Below, piece after piece: positions 42,270-53,500 of a DNA stretch of 64,000 nucleotides. The notes under the pieces are model-generated. The model did no database searches. It saw only the letters and a program-made list of their open reading frames with translations, and was not told where the DNA came from. The stretch's first letter is position 1, and the number at the start of each line of letters is the position of its first letter. Source of the DNA: Camelus ferus (lineage: Eukaryota); assembly GCF_009834535.1 (NCBI RefSeq), contig NC_045713.1, positions 18,228,001-18,292,000 on the forward strand, written 5' to 3'. The position numbers were made by a program, and so were the translations under genes.

Positions 42270-43350
42270 CTATATCAGGTTTCTGCTGCTGCATAATAAA
42301 TGACCACAAACTTAGTATCTTGAAAACAACACCCATTTCTCACCTTATGCTTCTGTAGATCAGAAGTCTATGGTGACTCAGCTGGGCCCTCTACTTAGTG
42401 TCTCACAAGGCTGAAGTCAAAGTCTCAGCCTGTATGAGCTCTTATCTGGAGGCTCTGTCACATCCAGAATCACCCTGGTAATCAGCAGAATTCAGTTCCA
42501 TTTGGCTGTAGGACTGAGGTCCCCATTTTCTTTGTAGGCTGTTGGGCAAAGGTTGTTCTCAGCTTCTTGAGGCCATCTACATTCCCTGGCTGGGAGCCTC
42601 TCCATCTTCAAAGCCAGCAATGGCACATTGAGTCCTCCTGCTTCAAATTTCTCTGACTTCTTCTGCCTTACTCTTCTATAGCTAGCTGGAGAAGCTTTTC
42701 AGCTTTTAAGAGCTCATATGATTACATTTGGCCCACCTGAATAATTCAGGACAATCTCCCTATCTTAAGATCAACTGATTAGTAAACTTAATTACATCTA
42801 CAAAGTCCTTTTTGTCATGCAACACAGAGATTAGGGCATGGAATCTTTGGGGGGCCATTATTCTCCGTACCACAGTTCACCCTCTAGCCTGCAAAGATTC
42901 ATGTCTATCTCCCATGCAAAATATATTCACTTCCTCCCAAGGTCCCTAAAATTCTCATCTCATTACAGCGTCAAGTCAGAGTCTAAAAAGAAAAATCTCA
43001 TAGAAATCTCATCAAACCAAAAGCCTCAAATTTCATTATCTAGATTAGATGCATAGGAGGCTCTGGGTATAATCCATCCTAGAGCACAATTCCTTCCATC
43101 TGTGGACCTATGAAACTAAAGAAATAAGTGAGGTGCTCCAACATGCAAGGCTGGGACATGAACAGGATAATAGTTATACACATTCTGGTTCAAAAAGGGG
43201 GGAAATGGAAATTCAGAAGGAGTCACTGATCCAAAGCAATTTCAAAATCCAGCTGAGCATATTTCCTTGGGGCCTAAAGATAATCTTCCTTGGCTCTGTT
43301 CTGCCTTCTGAGCTCTCAAGTTCTGCCCTTTGGATTAGTCACCTTCCCTA
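42270..43350 (-). mobile_element. MLT1-type LTR plus adjacent MaLR internal fragment
   Basis: gctgctgcataataaatgaccacaaacttagtatcttgaaaacaacacccatt...ccgtaccaca, followed by int-like catgtctatctcccatgcaaaatatattcac. Confidence 0.7.
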
Positions 43351-43630
43351 AGAAGCCATTCCTGACTACTGTTTAGAACAGCCATCTCCAACTCCTTGAA
43401 ATTTTTTGTCACAAAACACTGCTTAATTTTTCAATAATACATGTCATGGTTTTAGAATATCTTAGCTTTTTCCTTACCTGTTATCTGCACTAAAATATAA
43501 ACTTCATGAAACCAGAAGACCTTATCTGTATTTTCACCTCTATTTCTCCAGCACCTGCCATAATGCCTGGTACATAAGTCTTGCTCAATAAATATTTTAT
43601 GAATAAATTGGTTAAATATGGATTGGGGTC

Positions 43631-44275
43631 ATGTGGTATGCTGAACAGTGGCCCCCTAAATTGTCCACAGCCTAATCCCTGAAACCTGAGAATGTTACCT
43701 TTTTTTTTTTTTTTTGAGGGGGGAGGTAATTAGGTTTACTGATTGATTGATTTAAGTGGAGGTACTAGTGATTGAACCCAGGACCTCGTGCATGCTAAGT
43801 ATGCATTCTACCACTTGAGCTATACCCTCCCCCCAAAGAATGTTACCTTATGTGGCAAAAGGGATTCTGCAGGTGTGATTAAGTTAAGGATGACTTAACT
43901 TAATGAAATACGAGATTATCCTGGGGTATTTGGATAAGTCTAAGGTAATCACAAGGGTCCTTATGAGAGGGAGACAGGAAGGTCAGAGTGAGAGGAGGTG
44001 GTATGATGATGGAAGCCAAGATTGGAATGATGTACTTTGAAATGGAGGATGGGGCCACTAGCCAAGGAATGAAGGCTTCAATTAGAAACTGAAAAAGGTA
44101 AGCAAATGGTTCCTCCAGAAGGAGCCAGCCCTGCCAACTCCTTGACTTTAGCCCAGTGAAATTAATTTTGGATTTCTGACCTCCAGAACTGTAAAAAAAT
44201 AAATATGTGTTGGTGTTGTTTTAAGTCACTAAGTTTGTGGTAATTTGAGACAGGAGTAATAGGAAACTAACACAG
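43631..44275 (+). mobile_element. MLT1-type solo LTR containing a nested SINE
   Basis: tgtggtatgctgaacagtggcccc...ctgacctccagaactgtaa...gtttgtggtaattt...aaactaaca. Confidence 0.8.
43701..43836 (-). mobile_element. Camelid-type tRNA SINE (Vic-1-like)
   Basis: The minus strand reads gggagggtatagctcaagtggtagaatgcatacttagcatgcacgaggtcctgggttcaatc. 12-bp TSD agaatgttacct at 43689-43700 and 43837-43848. Confidence 0.88.
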
Positions 44276-44874
44276 TTGGGGACTGGGCTAACACTTGTAG
44301 TACGTGGCTGCAATATTCCATCTTCCAGAGTGAGACTGCTTCCTGGGAATAGATTCCTAGTTGACCTAGAGCTTTTATCTTGGTAAGAAGCTGCCCAGAG
44401 TAAAGATTATATTTCTTAGCATTCCTTTCAGCTGGATGTGGCCATGCGACTACATTCTAGACAATAGGATTATGGTAGAAATTATCTGTACAACTTCTGC
44501 AGTCCAGGGTAAGGGGCAAGCCATCCCTTCACCTTCCTGCTTCACAAGGGCTAGACTGTTGATAGTGGACCATCTTGGACCCCATGTGGTTGAGGGCAGT
44601 ACCCCAGGGATTGAACAGCAAGAAGATAAAATCATGATTTTTAAAAATTATTCATGGGGACTGATGACTTTATGCGAAGATCCACCATACTAAGTTGGAC
44701 TTTTATTTAAGAGAGAAATAACCTATCTCCTTTAAGCCATGGTTAGTTTGAGTCTTTGTTTCATGTAGCTGTATCCACACAGAAACTAATATAGAATTTC
44801 CACTTACTATCCATTATATTGGTGCTTCTTAGAAGGGTTGACATCCTTGCAATTAAGGCAAGTTTTGCTTTCTC

Positions 44875-45160
44875 TCTCTTTTTTAAAAATTTTTGAAGTA
44901 TAGTTAGTTACAATGTGTCAGTTTCTGGTATACAGCATAATGTTTCAGTCATATATGGACAAACGTATTTATTTTCATATTCTTTTTCACTATAGGTTAC
45001 TACAATATATTGAATATAGTTCCCTGGTGCTATACAGAAGAAATTTGGTTTTTTATCTGTTTTATATATAGTTGTTAGTATTTGCAAATCTCAAACTCCC
45101 AATTTATCCCCTCCCACTTTATTTCCTCACCAGTAACCATAAGTCTGTTTACTATGTCTT
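44875..45160 (-). mobile_element. L1 3'-end fragment
   Basis: tttttgaagtatagttagttacaatgtgtcagtttctggtatacagcataatgtttcagtc... Confidence 0.7.
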
Positions 45161-45494
45161 TGAGTCTAGTTTTACTTTCTCTTGGCAATGGTGCCATCGT
45201 GGTCTGAAGATGTGTGTGAGACTGACATTTACTAGGTACCAAGAAGATGCTAGAAGGTCTGGGGCCCCATCCCCCTAGATGTTTTTCTAGTTTGCATGAA
45301 CTACCACTAGTTGCCAAGAACTGGGAAGAATCAAGAAGGCTCACTGGATCTGAGGGTAAATTTCTCTGAACAGTGGGCAAAGGCTCAGACCTCACAGCAA
45401 CGCCACAGCTCATTTTGGTACAACGCTTGTCACGGTGAGTGACAGAAAAGGAGAACTGAATAGAGAGCCTCTGCAATATGGAGGGAGCTTTAAC

Positions 45495-47600
45495 CAATCA
45501 GCTTGGATCAAGTTTTACTGCAGTAACAACCACCTCCAAATCTCAGTGGCTCACAACAACAAATGTGTTTTTCTCATCCATATTCCATGTCCTCCATGGG
45601 ACAGCTGTGGCTCTGTTCTACATCATCTTCATTCAGAATCTAGTCTGAAGGAATAGCCTCAGTCTGGAACTTTGACTCTTAAGACATAAAGAGAAGAAAG
45701 TTGGCAGGTCCCATGACGGCTCTTAAAGTTTCTTCTTGCAAGTAATACATGTTACTCCCACTCAAGTTCCTAAAGGAAGCCACACGCCCACTGCTAATGC
45801 CAGTGGAATGGGGATATATAATCTTTTTGTATGGTGGGACCTCATAGGGAGGGCCAATGAATGTTTTTGAACAACTGTCAAATCTTTCCCAGTCTGCCCT
45901 TTTTGTCACGAATACTGCCTTTTGTGTTTCTTCCACATGCAAAATAAATGCACCCTCTTCCCAAGGTAGATAACCGAAATGACCCATCTAATCATGGCAT
46001 CAGGCTCAAATGCAGAACCTCTAATAGTCTCTATATCAGGTCCAGATGTGGCTTCTCTTGATCCAGAGACCTATGAACTGAAATAGATAGGTAAACAGAT
46101 AACTAGATAGATAAATAAATAGATCAATCCATTAATCACAGGTTATCTCTCCCTCTTCTCCACATCCACCACATGAAGTGGAACAGGGACAGGATAATAG
46201 CAGTAAACACTCTCATTCAGAAAGAAAAATAGGAGACAGAAGTTACAGGTCTACAATAATTCTAAAATCCTGCTGGACAGATGTTGAGAAGGCTCCCCTC
46301 TTTTCCCTGGAATTGGGACTTCTTCCTGGGGCTAGTTCCCTAGTTCATTCTTCTCCATGTCCTTGGCTCTGCCCTAAGAATGGCCCATCCTTCTCTTTTT
46401 ATTCTCCTTGGCCACATTTGCGAAGATTTGGAGGTTATACCTTTCTGAAGTAGGGCAGCTTTCTTGGTCTCCTTCATGCCCATAGAGATTTGGAAGCCCT
46501 CAAGCTCACACTAAGTCTTGAACACGCATGGTCTTTTTAAAATCCAAGCTAATGACTTTTTTTTGTGTGTTGGGGGAAGGGGGATTTATCTATTTGATTC
46601 CAGTCAGTTCCTTGGGCCAACCACCAAACCCCCAATTTTTTCAGACATGCCTCTCTTTTTAGACTTAGTTGTAGGCAAATGGAGTGTTACACTCTTAGTC
46701 TCTTTTCTGAGTCATCTTGTATAACTGAAAGGATTTATTAGGAACCACTTTTACCAATTCAGACATTTTAACAAAAGTCATGAGAGCCATATACTTGATA
46801 TGGTCCTTGCCACAAAGGTGAGTTTTAATCACTGGTTAGAAACATGGATCACTTGCCTGGTGTTTCTATATTCTCTTCCATTTCTGCTGAAAAACTGGCC
46901 AATTATTTTCTGAGTTGTCTCTTTCCTACAGTAACCTGTCAAGTGCACCCAACAGCAACCAAGGCATGCTACTAATATTCTCTTTCCCCAAGTTTTTGCC
47001 TAAAGCTCTAAGCTCTTTTGGACATTATTTATATTCTTAGTTCTATTTCCTGCTTACAGTTTAACCAAATGCTTCATTACTGCATAACACACATCTCCAT
47101 CTTTCCACCTTCCAAAGGTAGTGGAAGCCACTGTCCAGCTCCAAAGCCAATGCCCCCAAATTCAGGGGTTTTTTAAATTATAGGAGCACCCCACTTCTGG
47201 GTGCTATTCTGTAACAGTTGAATTAGATTTATTATGCTGTAGTAACAACCAAATTCCACGTATCAGTGGCTCACAGCCAGAGAAGTTTCTCACTTCCATT
47301 ACACATCATTTTATCAGTGGGCTACAGCTCAGCTTCATGTCCTCTTAATTCTGGGTTCCAGGCTGAAGAAATCTTGATCTGGGAATTGCCAGGTTCATAG
47401 CAGAGGGAAAAGAGAAGGGAATCTGTCAGCCTACTCATTGGTGCTTAAAGCTTCTGTTTGGAAGTAGTACTTTCATTTCTACTCACATTCCATTGGCCAA
47501 AGCATGTTATATAGCCAAGCCTATTGTAAGTGGGACAAGCATGGATGTATAATCCTCCTAAAGTGAGGGGCCCAGTAGGAAGGACACCATATATTTGGAA
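45495..47600 (-). mobile_element. MaLR element with LTR-internal-LTR architecture (MLT1J/K-like)
   Basis: Two related LTR-like blocks (about 45495-45880 and about 47216-47600), both containing agtaacaacca...tcagtggctcaca, flank about 1.3 kb of int-like sequence. Confidence 0.65.
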
Positions 47601-48699
47601 CAGTAATATAATCTCCCACAGGGCTGCACCAGAAATGTCAATCACTGCATCCTCCGTTCTTCCTTCATACACACTGCTGCAGCATTTTGTACCACATAAC
47701 ACCTCACGTACCTCTTGGTCAAGGGTAAATCTTGACTCAAGGTAGACAATTCATAGGTAGGTCAATGTAGCCTGACCTAGACCAATCAGGATCCTCTTCT
47801 TAGGAATCTGAACCATGAAATGTTCAGTGGATGAGGGAATTAGTGGAGAGGGCTGCAGCTGAAAGGTTGTGATGAGAAGTGGATTTAGAAAAGCCACAAC
47901 TAACACAGACTGTGTTCCCTGAAAGTTGGGCTGACAGCAGCCAAGCCAGGATTTTAGTGCAAAACCTGCCCCTCACTCAGGTCGGTTTCCCACAAGGAAG
48001 TAGTATACACAAGGGAGCCTAAGAAACCTCCAGTGCATGGCTCCACTTGTCTGCTAAGTCTGCTCCAAACTTCCCACTCACCTGTTCAAAAACAGCCCAC
48101 GGGAAAAGTTCAAAGTACTGAGCCCAGCATCCGAGCCCTCGCTTGGCCATCTGGCCGGCTCTTCCGGTAGGTGCTGGACGGCTTCCTGGGTGAGAAAGTA
48201 AGCAGCCTTGCAGGGGTGGCGCTGTCCAGCACGGCCAAGCAGAAGGCATGCGCTACACGTGGACCCCCATCTAAGTAGATGTGGCACAGTCTCCGCGTCG
48301 GTCTTATAGTCTCTATCAGATCCCAGTAAGTGCCATGGGTTGTGCAGTTCGGTTCTGAAGGCAGAAAGATGAGGGAGTGGACAAGAGGGGCCCACAGGGC
48401 AGGATTCCTCTGAAGAAACAGGACGCAGGGGAAGAGATGGAGAATCGGGCTCCAGAGGCTGTGTCCAAATCAATCTTCCACAGGGGCAGGATCCATCCGA
48501 CTCCGCAGTTTCCCGTAGGAAGGACATCCAGACTGCACAGTGCTGAGAATTAGGGGCTCCTTCCTGAAAACGTCTAGAATTTCATCTGTACACAGGATAC
48601 AGAATCTTAAACAGCATGAAGGCGTGGGTACCCCTCCCAGACTTGTGCAGTTCAAGTTCAAGCAGCTAGGGAGGGAGCGGGACCCGCCACGCCTTCTCG

Positions 48700-49530
48700 C
48701 CTTAAGTCCTGACTCCCTACCCCTGCCAGTCTCCCGCAGGCCCGCAGCATTCCGCCTCTTGGAGTTTTGATCAAAGCGCTTTGCACTCTGTGATCCAATC
48801 GCTTTTGGGTGCGACTGCGGAATCGCTCTGAGGCCCGCCCACATCAGTCTAATTGCCGTTTAATACAAGGAGCTCACTGCTTCAGGATGGCCTACAAACC
48901 AATCCCAATGCTCTTCAGGAGCAACAGTTAGGTCCCCTGGCCAATCGTTTTCCAAGTTGCGACCGGGCCGCTCCCTCAGTCACGCCCCATTCCTTCGGAC
49001 CTGGCGCAGGCACGGGGCAACCGCCACTCCATGGCCACAGGGGGGCGCTGCAGGAAGGCGCGCAGCTGCTACTGGAGGCGGAAACAGGCGGGGTCGCGCA
49101 TCACTGCGGCCCAATCCCGCCCTCCAGCCCCTCCCCTAACCCGGGTCCAGGGGCCGGGTCCGAGACTGAACCAACGAAAAGGCGTCCAACCCTTCCTCTT
49201 CGCATCACCCCGGCACCCAAATGTGTACCCCACACCCGGCGGCCGAAGCAAACGGTACTGCGGCCAGACGGCCTGGGCAGCCAGGAGCAGCAGCGGCGAC
49301 CTGTGGGATCGAAAGTGGGGTGGAACGGGGCGGCTGGAACCTGGCCCCGAGATCTTGGTCGGGGTCAGGTGCCGCCCCACTCCCACCAGGCTTCGGAGCC
49401 AGGAGCCAGCTTACCCCTGAAACCAAATGTCTGGGGACAGGCGTCACATCCAGCCCCAGAAACTAGGCATGGGACTTGGAACTCCTAGAAGTTTAGAGGC
49501 GGGGCCTGGAGCTCAGGTGAGTCACAGAAA
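48700..49530. promoter_or_regulatory. Orphan CpG-rich, promoter-like region downstream of STX4
   Basis: CCAAT at 48795, 48899, 48905, 48941 and 49111. GC boxes at 48834 and 49087. AP-1 TGAGTCA at 49518-49524. No recognisable coding ORF. Confidence 0.6.
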
Positions 49531-50159
49531 CCGGGGGCAGGCTCCTCTGCCGCCTCTACCCTCTTCAGCCACATGACCCCTGAGAAACCAGGTGTGCTGA
49601 CGCAGTGTGGCTGGCTCTCTAACCTGAACTGTCACATAAAAGGCAATGCCTTTTTCTGGGCACAGGGCCTGGCCTGCTGAACCATCTACCTGGCCACCTC
49701 TTCCCCGATTCTTCCCACAATTGGCCCCTCCTCATTTACCATTCCACTCAAATATCACCCCCTTTGAGACAGGCCCTTCCTTGTCTACTGTATCCAAAGT
49801 AACAGCCTCAATTACTTTTTCACAGTGCCTCTTCTTCTTGGCCTCAGAAGTGCCCATGGATGCCCCCCTCCACACACACACACACATCTCACCTGTGCCC
49901 CAGCCTGGCCTGGCCCAGCCTCACTGCTCTTTCCCCAGGGACAGTACAGAGCCAGATGTGGACGATACCCCCTCTTGGCCCCACCGGTTTTATGGGAGGG
50001 TAGTAGGGCAGTGCCAGCCTGGTGTGGTCACAGCACCTAGGACAGTCTGATCTGAGCCTGCCTGGGCAGGGCCTGTCCCTAAGGGTGGCCAGGAGGTGGG
50101 GATGCTGGATACCTGGAGACCCTGGACCGGCCTTTTCAGGAACACAAATGCAAAGGAGA

Positions 50160-50528
50160 ATCTCCAAGTTCTTTTTGTTTTTTAATTTCTTACAAAACCA
50201 CATGTCCCAGCCAAACAGGACACTGCAGGCCCGTCCCCAGGCATTGTGGCCTGATGGGGGAAGCCCTCATGGATGGGTGGCTGCCAACCCCAGAAGAACC
50301 GTCTGCCCTTCTGCCCAGGGCCAGTGTGAGGGAGGGGTCTGGCTGGAGGCTCTGTCCTGCCCACCCCCAGCTGCTGGGAGAGAAGGCAGACCCTGGGTCC
50401 CTGGTGCTGTCAGTGCCTGAAAAGGAAGGAGGGAGAAGACGGTTTGAGGGGGGAGGAAAGGCTGGGGTCAGGGACAGGGCAAGCCAGGGGGCAGGCCCAC
50501 AATATCTCACCTAGAATATGCGATGCTA
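50160..50528 (-). other. STX4 3' UTR with a 94-nt UTR intron (50417-50510) and ATTAAA at 50181-50186
   Basis: Donor TAG|GTGAGA lies 18 nt after the stop codon. Acceptor tcttctccctccttccttttcag|GCAC. Confidence 0.75.
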
Positions 50529-53500
50529 TCAAACCAACGTGGAGACGCTAATGATGACCACCAGAATGAGGACAGTGACGGACAAACAGATGGCAATAAA
50601 GATTTTCTTCTGTGGGAGAGGAGGGGGTGGGTCAGGGAAACTCAGGAGAGGAGGGAGGGTGGGCCACCCAGTGCGGGGGATGGGTGGGGGAGGCTCACCT
50701 TCCTCGCCTTCTTCTGGTTCTCCAGGGCCACCTTGACATGTTCCTGCCCACGTTCCACATAGTCTGCTGAGCTCAGAATGTTCTTCTCAATTCGGTTGAT
50801 CATCTCCCCCTACTCAGAAAAGGGGGTGGTTCAGGCGGGTAGGAATGACGGGGGTGGTGGGCCCAGCAGCAACTCTGTCTGCCCACCCCAGCCCCAAATG
50901 ACTAATGGACGTTCCTGGCAGAAAACACTACACTAACAAAGACATGGAGGCAGAACTACATCTGACCAAAGTTCACACTCCAGAAGGTGGCTTCCAGGCC
51001 CCCTGTGCCATGCGCTCCCTCTGCCCTGCTCGCCTGCCCACTACAACCTCTACTTGCAGTGCTGGCTGGGAGCTGAGTACCTTAAATGGCTCATACTTTT
51101 TCACAGAGGGTGAACTTCCATCCCCTCATGAATCTGTCTGAATTCAGCCTGTCTCCCAGCTGCTGTGAAGCCCTCCCTATCCCTGCCTCCTCCTGGCACT
51201 GCCAGCCTTCAGGTCCTGGTACTCCTACTGAAAGAACTCTCTTCCCCACAACTCCCAGCTGCAACAGGGCACTGGCTACAGCCCTGGGGGGTCAGTCCTC
51301 CAGAACAGGGCTAGAAGCTCCCCTTATACAACCAGGGCCAGGGGAGGAACACCACCTCCCACCCCAACCTTCTGCAGAATTCAGGAGGCATGCCCTCTGG
51401 GGGCAACTCTGGAGCTCTTAGAGGTATAAGAGTAGATTCTGTTTGTGGAGGAGGAGCCAGGGTTTGGGTCATTCCTGGGGTGGGCTCAAGTTGGGGAGGT
51501 GGGGCGCAACGTATAGAGGAGCAGCCATCTGGGCAGCTGCTGAAGAGGTTGCAGTTGGGGGCACAGCTAAGGAAGGAAGTAAGGGCCGACCTGGAGGCAT
51601 GGCCCAGTCTGGAGGGAAATGAAAGCCTCAGAGAGGGTGGAAGGGGGCTGACAGCCACGACTGGGGTTCTGACTGCACATAGTCTCACATCGAGGGGCCG
51701 GATCAAGCCCGGCCAGCTGCTCGCAGTGCCCACCTGCATCTCCACCTCAGTAGCCAGAAAAGTGAAAATCTCATGAAGTTCACGGATACTGCGTTCAAGC
51801 TGCTGGATCTCACTGTGCCGGGCCGAGATCTCATTGAGGGCCTGTCGAGTCACCTGCGTGTCCTTCAGTATCTGGAGAGTGGACAGGAGTGGAGGAACAG
51901 GTCACAGGGAAGCCAGCAGCAGGTTCAGAAGTTCCTGTTGAGCTTCAGGGCAGCCCTCAGACCTAGAACTGGGCCAGGGCCCTGAAGAGTGAGTCCAGGC
52001 ATGCTAATTCGCTCCCTGATGGGCCTCAGGATTCCCTCCATCAAAAAGGGGCCAGGACTCAGAGGATGGGAGGCCCGGCAGAGGGAGGCTGGATGCGGCT
52101 ACTCACATTGGACACAAACACCTCACTCTGCCCGCTGTCCAGCATCTGCTCCAGCTCCTCATCCGACACCATTCCAGCATTTGCTGTGAAGGAAAAGGCC
52201 AGGTTCAGAGCTGGGTCAGATCACCTGACCCTGTGNNNNNNNNNNNNNNNNNNNNNNNNNNNNNNNNNNNNNNNNNNNNNNNNNNNNNNNNNNNNNNNNN
52301 NNNNNNNNNNNNNNNNNNNNNNNNNNNNNNNNNNNNNNNNNNNNNNNNNNNNNNNNNNNNNNNNNNNNNNNNNNNGAATAGAGGCTGGGCAACCCTGGGA
52401 GGATCCCTGCCCGGTCTGGGCCTCAGCATCCCCATGGGTACAGTGAGCACAGAGCATAAGCTGTTTTAGGTTCCTGCTGCCTTAACCACCTTGAAAAGCT
52501 CCCCCAGTCTCTCAAAGTAAAAGCTGAGGCCCCTACCAGGGCCTACAAGGCCCTACAGGACCCATCCTCCCCACTTTCCCTCTGATCTTAATCTTCCCAA
52601 TCATTTCTTCCCTACAGAGTGGGCTCCTTACTCTTTTCTGAACAAAGCACACCCCACCTCAGGCCTCTGCACTCACCGCTCCCTCAGCCTTGAAGGCTCA
52701 AGCCCCACAAAGGCCTTTAAGTCTTTGTTGTGATGTCACCTTCTGAATGAAGTTTTCCCCACCTTATTGAAACTGCAACCTGCCATCGCCCAGTGTTCTC
52801 AATTCCTCTTCTGCTCTTTTCCCTTAATGAATACTATGTTCTAAAGTAATTTACTTATTTATTATGGTGATTGTCTCTCCCCACTGGAATGTAAGCTCCA
52901 TGGGGATACGGATCTTTGGTTCATGGTTGTATCCCAAACATCTAGAAAAGGGTCTGGCACACAGTTAGTCCTCAATAAATATTTGTTGAATGCTTGCTGA
53001 ACACCAGCCTCACTGCTTAGACAGAGGTGTGCCAGTATGCTTGGAGGTCAGCCAATTGCCCAGATTTTACAGGTCTACCTGGGTCCTCGGCCTCTCACAC
53101 CAATGACCATCACAAGCTCCTGAAACACACTCACAACTTGTCCATTCCCCTGGTGTCTAAAACATGCTCATTACTTGGAGTTCCTTCCTCAGAGACACAT
53201 CTGCTCTCCTGGCTTCTGCTGCACTCTTTCAGATGCTTGAAATGCTCCATCTTCAATCTGGGGTCTTTGCTGAGCTCTGAGCCTACCTACTCCAACTCTC
53301 ATCTCCAAGAACTCCAAACCACTCCTCCTCACTGGGCACCCAAAGGAGGCATCTCAAATCTTCTTACTAAGATGTTGATTCAGTGACCTCCCCCACCAGG
53401 GAAGTTCCTCTTCCTGACTTCTTGAATTCTTCCCCTGGGGCAGAGGATGTCCCTGTCATATGGGCAGGGAACCTCCCAGTCATTTGACTGCTCCCTCTTC

